Both the position numbers and the translations under genes were made by a program. The notes beneath the pieces were generated by a model. That model worked only from the letters and a program-made list of their open reading frames with translations. It searched no databases and was not told the origin of the DNA. From a bacterium (GTDB lineage: Bacteria; Zhuqueibacterota; Zhuqueibacteria; Oceanimicrobiales; Oceanimicrobiaceae), in the NCBI GenBank assembly GCA_037446635.1, contig JBBIIG010000011.1:311-64310 (forward strand): 64,000 nucleotides of DNA. The letters run 5' to 3'. Shown one piece after another: positions 9,092 to 16,845 of the stretch (within the stretch, counting starts at the first letter, position 1; the number at the start of each line of letters is the position of its first letter).

Positions 9092-9295
9092 ATGAAGGAC
9101 ACGTACAAAATGCCGGACACCGCGGCGGTCTTCTGTCCGTATTGCGGCATAAAATTGGAGGTCTTTGTGGACGTGTCGGGCGGAGAAGTGCAAACCTACA
9201 TTGAAGACTGCGAGGTGTGCTGCCAGCCCATCGAATTTCGATTGGAGTGGCACGGCAAGCGCCCGCACTTATCGGCGAAACGAGGGAACGAATGA
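9092..9295 (+). CDS. CPXCG-motif cysteine-rich protein
   Basis: CPYCG...YIEDCEVCCQPI. Confidence 0.85.
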   Translation: MKDTYKMPDTAAVFCPYCGIKLEVFVDVSGGEVQTYIEDCEVCCQPIEFRLEWHGKRPHLSAKRGNE

Positions 9296-9912
9296 CGGGT
9301 GAAGTCATCGTTCTCCACCGGCCTTCATTAAAATCCTGGTTGTTATTTGCGGCCGTGCTTGCCGCCGCGGCGATCCTCGTGTGGCAGGCGCCGGCCGAAC
9401 GTTCGCTGGGCGACGGCATTAAGCTGGTTTACATCCACGTGTCGCTCATTTGGGCCGCAATGGTCGTGTTTATGGCGGCCGGGGTTCTGGGTTTATTTTC
9501 GATCTTCCTTCCAAATGGGCAATTGCAAACGTGGCAGGAAAGCGCAAGCTGGGTGGCGCTGGCGTGGTATGCGGCGGTGGGCGTGGCGATGGCAATGCTG
9601 GCCGCCAAAGTCAACTGGGGGGCGGTTCACTGGAACGAGCCTTTGTTAATGGCCTCGCTGCGATTTTTAGCGGCGGCGCTGATCGTGCAGGTTGCAAAAT
9701 TTTGGATAACCTCCGCGCGCGTCCGCGGCGCCCTTCATGCGCTGCTGGCGTTTTTTCTGATGTTTTCGATTTTGGGTGCCCCGCAGGTGATGCACCCGCA
9801 AAGCCCGATTCGGCAATCGCCTGCCGCGGCCATCAAACTGACTTTTTTAGGAATGTTTGTGCTGAGCTCGTCCGCGGCGATTTGGTGCGTCTGGCATCTG
9901 CGAAGACGGTAG
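9292..9912 (+). CDS. CcmC-like (cytochrome c assembly family) membrane protein
   Basis: YIHV, degenerate WGAVHWNEP motif, HP; ATGA overlap with the previous gene. Confidence 0.6.
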   Translation: MTGEVIVLHRPSLKSWLLFAAVLAAAAILVWQAPAERSLGDGIKLVYIHVSLIWAAMVVFMAAGVLGLFSIFLPNGQLQTWQESASWVALAWYAAVGVAMAMLAAKVNWGAVHWNEPLLMASLRFLAAALIVQVAKFWITSARVRGALHALLAFFLMFSILGAPQVMHPQSPIRQSPAAAIKLTFLGMFVLSSSAAIWCVWHLRRR

Positions 9913-10042
9913 GAATTTGATCCAACACCGTTTGCAACGTTGTTTTGAATACTGTGGTAGCAACATTATGAAATGGACGGGCCGCAGCAATTGCCAACTG
10001 CTCACTGCCAACTGGATCCCAACTTCAAACTGAAATAAAAAA

Positions 10043-10492
10043 ATGAATGCCCTAAACCAGTACCCTGTAATCATCGAAATCGCTCTGCACTGGGGCGAGA
10101 TGGACGCCTTTCAGCATCTCAACAACACGGTGTACTTCCGCTATTTCGAAAGCGCGCGCATCGCCTATTTTGAAAAAATCGGCTACCTGGAATTCATGCA
10201 AAAAACTGGTCTCGGCCCCATTCTCGCTTCCACCCAGTGCCGCTTCAAAATTCCACTGACCTATCCCGATCGCGTCTCCGTGGGCGCGCGAGTTACGCAA
10301 GTGGAAGAAGATCGCTTTTTGATGGAGTACGCCATCGTCAGCCACAACTTGCAGAAAATCGCCGCCGAAGGCCAGGGGGTGATTGTCTCGTTTGATTATC
10401 GCGAAAACAAAAAGGCGCCGCTGCCGGAGGAGATCAGACAGCGAATTCTTAAATTAGAAAGTGCGATTAGCACCGCCGCGGTTATTAAATAG
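10043..10492 (+). CDS. Acyl-CoA thioesterase (4HBT/YbgC family)
   Basis: WGEMDAFQHLNNTVYFRYFESAR. Confidence 0.92.
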   Translation: MNALNQYPVIIEIALHWGEMDAFQHLNNTVYFRYFESARIAYFEKIGYLEFMQKTGLGPILASTQCRFKIPLTYPDRVSVGARVTQVEEDRFLMEYAIVSHNLQKIAAEGQGVIVSFDYRENKKAPLPEEIRQRILKLESAISTAAVIK

Positions 10493-10508
10493 AACGGTCA
10501 GAGATACA

Positions 10509-10645
10509 AAAATCCGAATTCCTAAACTCGAAATACGAAACAAATTCTAAAGTACAATTGCAATATATGCTGAAACTGGATCGCAACCGTGTGTAGTTTT
10601 GATATTTGAATTTCAGATTGGTTCGTATTTCGACATTCGGATTTT
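10509..10645. repeat. Intergenic element with long imperfect inverted repeats built of about 7-nt units
   Basis: AAAATCCGAAT..TCGAAATACGAA on the left; TTCGTATTTCGA..ATTCGGATTTT on the right. Confidence 0.6.
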
Positions 10646-10665
10646 AATAACAGGAGTGATAATAC

Positions 10666-11223
10666 ATGTCATCGCAGAAATCCACCTTCCCCAACACCTA
10701 CGCCGATATCGAAACCGAAACATTGCTTTCAGCTTATTCCGCGGGACCGGAGCGGGTGCGGCAGGCCATTCAAGGCTTAAAACCAGCCGACCTCAAAGCC
10801 CACCCCATTGCAAACAAATGGTCGATTCAGGAGATCGTCGTGCACCTGGCGGATGCCGAAATCATGGGCGCGGCGCGCATTCGGCAAGCCTTTGCGCAGC
10901 CCGGCAGCACGGTCGCCGTTTACAATCAGGAAATTTGGGCGAAGGAAATGGCCTATCAGGAGTACGACACCAAAACCTTTTATGCCTCGTTGATGATGTT
11001 CGATGCCCTGCGGCTCGCCACCGCCAAACTGTTTCAACGCGCCGACGCTGCGGACTGGGAAAAATTCGTGGTGCACCCGGAATGGGGGACCCTCACCCTG
11101 CGCCAGCTTCTCGAACTCTACGCCGATCACAGCGAACGCCACCTCGAACAAATTCTTGCATTGCGAGAAAAGCTAAATAAATCGCTCAACTTGAAATTGC
11201 TTCTGGAAAAGAGACTCTACTAA
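10666..11223 (+). CDS. DinB/YfiT family protein
   Basis: KWSIQEIVVHLADAE...HSERHLEQI. Confidence 0.88.
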   Translation: MSSQKSTFPNTYADIETETLLSAYSAGPERVRQAIQGLKPADLKAHPIANKWSIQEIVVHLADAEIMGAARIRQAFAQPGSTVAVYNQEIWAKEMAYQEYDTKTFYASLMMFDALRLATAKLFQRADAADWEKFVVHPEWGTLTLRQLLELYADHSERHLEQILALREKLNKSLNLKLLLEKRLY

Positions 11224-11900
11224 TGACTGCGGAAATCAAAACCACCACCTACGAATGGCTCTACACTTTTTTCATGGCAATTTTCGTGACCTTTGTGCTG
11301 CTCACCAATACGGTGGGCGTCAAACTGTTCACCGTTTTCGGGCAAACGCTGCCGGTCAGCATTTTGTGGTACCCGCTGACTTTCCTTATCACCGACATCG
11401 TTTCCGAAATGTACGGCGAGCGGCGGGCGCGATATTTGGTGATCATGGGATTTGGGATGAGCATGATCATGCTGGTCTATTCGCTCATTGGCGTCGCCTT
11501 GCCGCCGGCGTCGTTTTATCCCTTGCAGGAAGATTACACCAACATCTTCGGTCCGGTGTGGCGGCTGCTGTTCGCCTCCATGTCCGCCTACCTGCTGGCG
11601 CAGATGATCGACGTTCGCCTGTTTCATTTCTGGAAACGGCTCACTAAAGGCAAACATTTGTGGCTTCGCAACAACGGCTCCACCATGATTTCGCAATTCG
11701 TGGACACCTTCACCGTCAACACCATTTTTCTTTATAACAACCCCATTGTCTTCACCGGCGATTTTGGCGATTTGATGCGAATCATTTTGGGAGTCTATGT
11801 GATCAAGTTAGCCATCGCGGCGCTGGACACGCCATTCTGTTACCTGGGCGTGTGGCTGGTGGAACGCGCAACCGGCGTGAAGGGTCGGGAGGTGGCATAG
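11223..11900 (+). CDS. yhhQ: Queuosine precursor transporter (YhhQ/VUT family)
   Basis: YPLTFLITDIVSEMYG, WLRNNGSTMISQFVDT, DTP. Confidence 0.88.
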   Translation: MTAEIKTTTYEWLYTFFMAIFVTFVLLTNTVGVKLFTVFGQTLPVSILWYPLTFLITDIVSEMYGERRARYLVIMGFGMSMIMLVYSLIGVALPPASFYPLQEDYTNIFGPVWRLLFASMSAYLLAQMIDVRLFHFWKRLTKGKHLWLRNNGSTMISQFVDTFTVNTIFLYNNPIVFTGDFGDLMRIILGVYVIKLAIAALDTPFCYLGVWLVERATGVKGREVA

Positions 11901-12027
11901 CATAGACAGAGAAAAGCTTAGCCACGAATTTTCATCAATTCACCAATTGCCCGCTCGACATGGCTTTGCCTGCCCGAAATCCCTTGTCGGTCAGTTGTTT
12001 GGGAATGTAACTCCAGAATTTGAAACC

Positions 12028-13062
12028 ATGAGCTGGCTTTCGGATAACGTTCTAAACCATCTGCGCGAAGTAGCGGAGCTGCCCGATTTAAGCCGCACCA
12101 AATACCGCTGCCTCGAAAAAATCGCCGCGGGCGGCATGGCCACCGTTTTCCTCGCCGAGGATACCGAGCTGCGCCGGCGCATCGCTCTGAAAGTGCTCAC
12201 CGCGGCCGACTCCCGCGGCGAGCTGGCGGAACGGATGATGCAGGAGGCGCGCGTCATCGCGGCGCTGGAGCATCCGAGCATCGTGCCCATTCACGACGTC
12301 GGCGCGCTGCCCGATGGCCGCGTCTTTTACACCATGAAATTTGTGAACGGCCGCCGGCTGGATGAATTTATCCGCGGCGCCCACTCGCTGCCCGAGCGGC
12401 TGCGCATCTTTCAAAAAATTTGCGAGGCGGTTGCCTTTGCCCACAACCGCAGCGTGATTCACCGCGATCTCAAACCGGAAAATATCATGGTGGGAGATTT
12501 CGGCGAAGCGCTGGTTATGGACTGGGGACTGGCTAAACTGCTCACAAGTCGCAGCGCAGAAACAGAAATCAATCCGGACTCACAACCGCGGTCGCTAAAA
12601 AACGCGTTTTCCAAAACCACGGAACACGGCACGGTGATGGGCACGCCGGCCTACATGTCCCCCGAACAAGCCCGCGGCGAAATCAATCAAATTGACGAAC
12701 GCAGCGACGTGTATTCGCTGGGGGCGATCCTCTATTTTCTGCTGACCGACACGCCGCCCCCAGCCTTCGATTCAAGTCAGGAACCAAACGCCAACCCCCG
12801 GCGGCTTAATCGTAAAATTCCAAAACAACTGGAGGCCATTTGCTTCAAGGCCCTCTCCCCTGCCAAAGAAAAGCGCTACGCCAGCGCGCGCGAGCTTTCC
12901 GAAGATATCGAGCGTTTTCTCAACGGGCTGGCGGTGAGTTCCTACCACGAAAGCCCGCTGGAAAAATTGGGGCGCTGGATTTCCAAAAACAAATTTGTGG
13001 CGACGCTGTTGCTGGTGTATGTGATCGTGAGATTTCTGATCTATTTTTTAAGCCGGCTGTAA
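12028..13062 (+). CDS. Ser/Thr protein kinase with C-terminal TM helix
   Basis: GGMATV, IALK, HRDLKPEN, DWG, GTPAYMSPE. Confidence 0.9.
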   Translation: MSWLSDNVLNHLREVAELPDLSRTKYRCLEKIAAGGMATVFLAEDTELRRRIALKVLTAADSRGELAERMMQEARVIAALEHPSIVPIHDVGALPDGRVFYTMKFVNGRRLDEFIRGAHSLPERLRIFQKICEAVAFAHNRSVIHRDLKPENIMVGDFGEALVMDWGLAKLLTSRSAETEINPDSQPRSLKNAFSKTTEHGTVMGTPAYMSPEQARGEINQIDERSDVYSLGAILYFLLTDTPPPAFDSSQEPNANPRRLNRKIPKQLEAICFKALSPAKEKRYASARELSEDIERFLNGLAVSSYHESPLEKLGRWISKNKFVATLLLVYVIVRFLIYFLSRL

Positions 13063-13129
13063 AGAAATCAAATCGGTTGTTTAATAGAAACGTAAAGCAA
13101 CGTTTCCTTGAATTATCAATGGAGGGAAT

Positions 13130-13495
13130 ATGTCGAAACCCGTACTTGGTTTGATTTTGGGAGCCGTTCTCGGCCTGATTGACGGATTTACCGCGTATCT
13201 CTACCCGGAGGCGCGGCCCGTTCTGGGCACGATTCTCATCGGCTCAACCTTCAAAGGGCTGCTGGTGGGCGTCATCGTCGGATTCGTGGCGCGCAAATAC
13301 AAATCGCTTCCGCTGGGCGTTGGACTCGGCCTGGGCTTGCAGCTCATCATTTGTTATTTTATCGCCGCCAATCCCCAGCCGCCGTTGACCCGGCCCTACT
13401 ATCTCGAAATCATGCTGCCCGGCGCGTTGGTGGGGGCGATTGTGGGCTACGCCACGCAGGTTTACGGCGGGTCTCCAAAACCAGCCGCCTCCTGA
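13130..13495 (+). CDS. Hypothetical 4-TM membrane protein
   Basis: GGAGG RBS; hydrophobic segments; operon context. Confidence 0.75.
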   Translation: MSKPVLGLILGAVLGLIDGFTAYLYPEARPVLGTILIGSTFKGLLVGVIVGFVARKYKSLPLGVGLGLGLQLIICYFIAANPQPPLTRPYYLEIMLPGALVGAIVGYATQVYGGSPKPAAS

Positions 13496-13514
13496 AAAAA
13501 TTCAGAGGTGAAAC

Positions 13515-14072
13515 ATGAAATCGGTTATTTTGATCTTTTTAATATTAATGGGGGCGAACATCCTCATGGCTCAATCGAATGAACGATTTATTTTCGCGGA
13601 GGCCGAGATCGGGGCTGGCGTCAAAGACGTCTGGACGGCCTGGACCACCGCAGAAGGCATCCGCAGTTTCTTCGCGCCAGATTGCAAATTAGATTTGAAA
13701 GCCGGCGGCGACTACGAGATCTACTTCAACCCGCAAGGCCAGCCAGGCGAGCGCGGCGCCGAGGGCACGAAGATTCTCGCCTTTCAGCCGGAGAAAATGC
13801 TGAGCTTCACCTGGAACAATCCGCCGATTTTACCGGGCATCCGCTGGCAGTACACAACGGTCGTTCTCCGCTTCAAACCAATTTCCGAAGCGCAGACGCG
13901 CGTGTCGCTTTATCAAATCGGCTGGGGCGAAGGTGAGGAATGGGACAAAGCGTTCGACTATTTTGAGAAGGCGTGGAAACAGGTGGTTTTGCCGCGCCTG
14001 CAGCATCGTTTCAAAGTCGGTCCGATTGACTGGAACAATCCGCCGGAAACAACTTCCAGAAAAACAGAATAG
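13515..14072 (+). CDS. SRPBCC/AHSA1 domain protein, secreted
   Basis: VWTAWTTAEGIRSFF, LSFTWNNPP; signal peptide. Confidence 0.85.
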   Translation: MKSVILIFLILMGANILMAQSNERFIFAEAEIGAGVKDVWTAWTTAEGIRSFFAPDCKLDLKAGGDYEIYFNPQGQPGERGAEGTKILAFQPEKMLSFTWNNPPILPGIRWQYTTVVLRFKPISEAQTRVSLYQIGWGEGEEWDKAFDYFEKAWKQVVLPRLQHRFKVGPIDWNNPPETTSRKTE

Positions 14073-14077
14073 AATTC

Positions 14078-14107
14078 CGGAGTGCAAAACTTAAGTTTTG
14101 CACTCCG
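14078..14107. repeat. GGAG-family REP palindrome
   Basis: Perfect 30-bp palindrome CGGAGTGCAAAACTTAAGTTTTGCACTCCG; relatives at 24825 and 33390. Confidence 0.8.
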
Positions 14108-14129
14108 TTTTGAAGAAGGGAGGAACCTC

Positions 14130-14540
14130 ATGTTTTCCGATTTGAATTACTTGGCAATTTTGGTTTCGGCTGCCCTCTACTGGATTTTAGGCGGCGTCTG
14201 GTACGCCGCGGTTTTCAGCAAAAGCTATCAGGCCGCTCTGAATTTTTCGGAAGCAGAAAAATCCAAAGCAACCAAAGAATTTCCGAAAGCGTTGGCGGCG
14301 CATTTCGTCAGCGGGCTGATTTCCAGTTTGATCATTGCCGGGCTGGTGAAAGGCCTGGGAGTCAATTCGTTCGTCGGCGGGATGGGCTACGGCTTGCTGC
14401 TGTGGCTGGCGTTCGCGTTTACCATCAACCTGAATTATTTCATGTTCGAAAAACGCCCGCTCTCGCTGTTTTACATCAACAACGGTTTCTTTTTGCTGGC
14501 GTTTGCCGTCCTCGGCGGGGTGTTGAGCGTTTGGAAATAG
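14130..14540 (+). CDS. DUF1761 family membrane protein
   Basis: LNYLAILVSAALYWILGGVWY...FEKRP...INNG. Confidence 0.8.
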   Translation: MFSDLNYLAILVSAALYWILGGVWYAAVFSKSYQAALNFSEAEKSKATKEFPKALAAHFVSGLISSLIIAGLVKGLGVNSFVGGMGYGLLLWLAFAFTINLNYFMFEKRPLSLFYINNGFFLLAFAVLGGVLSVWK

Positions 14541-14548
14541 CAATTAAA

Positions 14549-14582
14549 AAGTGCCAGGCACTTTTGAAGTGCCTGGCACTTA
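14549..14582. repeat. REP-like doubled palindrome between convergent genes
   Basis: AAGTGCCAGGCACTTTTGAAGTGCCTGGCACTT. Confidence 0.65.
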
Positions 14583-15254
14583 GGATCGCCGCTGCCACTT
14601 CAATTCATATTCGCACCAATCAAACACCGGACAGCGATCGCACAACGGATTCTGCGCTTTGCAGATTTGCCGTCCGTGCTTCAGCAAATTAATGTGAAAC
14701 GAAAACGCTTTGCCGGACGGCAGGATCTTCTGCATCAAAAAATGGGTTTTGTCCGCGCTGGCGTTTGGGGGGACAAACCCAAACCGCCGGCACAAGCGGT
14801 GGACGTGGGTATCCACCGGGAAAATGTCTTTGCCGCAAGCGAACGCCAGCACCACGCTGATGGTTTTGATGCCCACCCCCTTCAATTTTGTAAACGTAGC
14901 GATGACGTCTTCCTCGGGCAGCGAACAAATAAAATCGATGTTCAGCTCGCCGTACTCATTTTTGATCCACTTCAAAATCTCTAAAATGCGCTCGGATTTT
15001 TGATTGGCGAGGCCGGCGGATCGGATGACGTCGGCCAGTTGCTTTTTTGAAAGCTTGATCACCGCTTCCCAATTGGGATAGGATTTTTTCAGCGCCTCCC
15101 ACGCCAGATCGCGGTTCCAGTCGCTGGTGCTTTGAGAGAGAACGGTTTGAATCAGGCTGTCCAGCACGCTGCGCTTTTTGCGCCGCCAGGTCTCGGCGCC
15201 GTAGGTCTCCTCCAATTTGGCGATGACCGCCGGGAGCTTTTCATCTGATTTCAT
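14580..15254 (-). CDS. nth: Endonuclease III family DNA glycosylase
   Basis: HhH LKGVGIKT, FPVDTHVHR, FeS loop CKAQNPLCDRCPVFDWC. Confidence 0.88.
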   Translation of the reverse strand: MKSDEKLPAVIAKLEETYGAETWRRKKRSVLDSLIQTVLSQSTSDWNRDLAWEALKKSYPNWEAVIKLSKKQLADVIRSAGLANQKSERILEILKWIKNEYGELNIDFICSLPEEDVIATFTKLKGVGIKTISVVLAFACGKDIFPVDTHVHRLCRRFGFVPPNASADKTHFLMQKILPSGKAFSFHINLLKHGRQICKAQNPLCDRCPVFDWCEYELKWQRRS

Positions 15255-15822
15255 ACACGCCCTTTTCCGTAACCAGAAGGTTCACCCGCTCGTCGTCGGC
15301 GCGAACTGGAATCTCATCCACAATTTGAAAGTGGTAGCACAGGGCGATTTTAAAAGCGTTGGTGTGACGAAGGAAATCGTCGTAATAGCCGCCGCCGTAC
15401 CCGACGCGGTTTCCGTGTAAATCAAACGCCACCCCCGGAACCAGCACCACGTCGATTTCCGACAAGCTGATCACACGAATTTTTTCCGGCGCCGGTTCTA
15501 AAATGCCGAACGCGCCGGGGCGCAAATCTTCAAAATTAGAAATCAAAGAATGAATAAGTGTGTGTCGGTTCAAATCGACCACTGGCACCGCCACCCGCCG
15601 GCCCTCCGCCAGCAGGTCTTTGATAAGCTGGTGATTGTTGACCTCGTTGCGCCAGGCCACGTAGGTGTGCACGGTGGCCGCCGATCGAAATTGCGGAACG
15701 CCTTTCAGATGGGAGGCAATCTCTGCGCTTTTTGCCTCAACCCAATCCCACGACAGACTCCGCCGCTGTGTTTCGATACGCTGTCGAATGTCCTGCTTAC
15801 GCTGCTGATGGTCTTCCGTCAT
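15241..15822 (-). CDS. ygfA: 5-formyltetrahydrofolate cyclo-ligase
   Basis: FGILEP, VPGVAFDLHGNRVGYGGGYYD. Confidence 0.92.
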   Translation of the reverse strand: MTEDHQQRKQDIRQRIETQRRSLSWDWVEAKSAEIASHLKGVPQFRSAATVHTYVAWRNEVNNHQLIKDLLAEGRRVAVPVVDLNRHTLIHSLISNFEDLRPGAFGILEPAPEKIRVISLSEIDVVLVPGVAFDLHGNRVGYGGGYYDDFLRHTNAFKIALCYHFQIVDEIPVRADDERVNLLVTEKGVYEIR

Positions 15823-16120
15823 GCACGATCTCGAAAATTGACCTGGCAAAGGTGTCGTCCATGATGCCGATGATGCCGGTTTCCCCTCGCCCCAAAGCGC
15901 CGGCAAACGCGCTTTTCGATCCAAACACATACTGGGGGACGCTGGCGGGTTTCGCGGCTGCGATTTTGTGGCGGGCGTTTTCAGACAGGTCCTCGGCGAG
16001 GATGACCGCGCGCACTTTGTTTTTGCGAATCGCCTGCAGCGTGGCCTCCATTCCGAGGGTGAGTTTTCGCGCCCGCTGGGCAAATCCCAAAATCTTCAAC
16101 ACTCGATCAAACTCGTTCAT
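15797..16120 (-). CDS. ylxQ: L7Ae/L30e-family RNA-binding protein (YlxQ-like)
   Basis: LGFAQRARKLTLG, ILAEDLSEN, GALGRG. Confidence 0.8.
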   Translation of the reverse strand: MNEFDRVLKILGFAQRARKLTLGMEATLQAIRKNKVRAVILAEDLSENARHKIAAAKPASVPQYVFGSKSAFAGALGRGETGIIGIMDDTFARSIFEIVHDGRPSAA

Positions 16121-16388
16121 TTAAAAATTTCAAAAGCGCCGTTTTGAGTTCAAGTCCCGCGGCGGCTTTAAATTTTCGTTCAAAACTCTTTCGCTTAAAA
16201 GCATTTTCCACGCAGGCCGGGTTGTAACATAAGTAGGCGCCGCGCCCGGGTTTTTTAGCTTCAGAATCCATCTCAATTTTGCCAGCTGGCGTTCTCACGA
16301 TTCGCAGCAGCGCGTGCTTGAAACGTTTCGTCCCACAACCGCTGCAAGTGCGAATGGGCTGGTGCCTGAATGTTGACTCTTTTTCCAC
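16107..16388 (-). CDS. ylxR: YlxR (DUF448) RNA-binding protein
   Basis: PIRTCSGC, LLRIV, PGRGAYLC. Confidence 0.9.
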   Translation of the reverse strand: MEKESTFRHQPIRTCSGCGTKRFKHALLRIVRTPAGKIEMDSEAKKPGRGAYLCYNPACVENAFKRKSFERKFKAAAGLELKTALLKFLNERV

Positions 16389-16493
16389 GATTTAAAATCT
16401 GATAGTTGGGCAACAAATAATCTTGTTCGGCGTTTTTTCGGTGACTTCGGTGTTGAGCTGCTTTTGTGTCTTCAGTGATTTCAAGTGTTGAAA

Positions 16494-16799
16494 TTAAAAT
16501 TTAATTTTGCCCGTCAGAATATCCTTGAACATCACCCAATCACCCATGAAACTGAACAGCGGATACGTGAACGTCGCTGGGCGATTTTTCTCGAACACAA
16601 AATGGCCAACCCACGCGCAGCCGTAACCGATGACCGGCAGCAGGAGTAGCAGCGCCCATTTTTGAGCGGCGAGTACATAACCCAATAACAGGATCACGAG
16701 CAAGCTGCCAACAAAATGCAGCCGGCGGCAATTGGCGTCGCTGTGCTCGGAAAGATAGAATGGATAAAACTCCGCAAAGGTTTTGTATTCCTTCTCCAT
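16494..16799 (-). CDS. DUF962/Mpo1-like membrane protein
   Basis: FYPFYLSEH, RLH, GYGCAWVGHFVFEKNRPATF. Confidence 0.88.
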   Translation of the reverse strand: MEKEYKTFAEFYPFYLSEHSDANCRRLHFVGSLLVILLLGYVLAAQKWALLLLLPVIGYGCAWVGHFVFEKNRPATFTYPLFSFMGDWVMFKDILTGKIKF

Positions 16800-16817
16800 G
16801 TTTCTTCCTCCAGTTAA

Positions 16818-16845
16818 GTAGGGGCGTATTGCAATACGCCCCTAC
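16818..16845. repeat. GTAG-family REP palindrome
   Basis: Perfect 28-bp GTAGGGGCGTATTGCAATACGCCCCTAC; contains the stop codon of the M16 gene. Confidence 0.85.

Noticed and set aside
15823..16083. N-terminal extension of ygfA, or 6S RNA upstream of ygfA
   Set aside because: Region is occupied by ylxQ in another frame.
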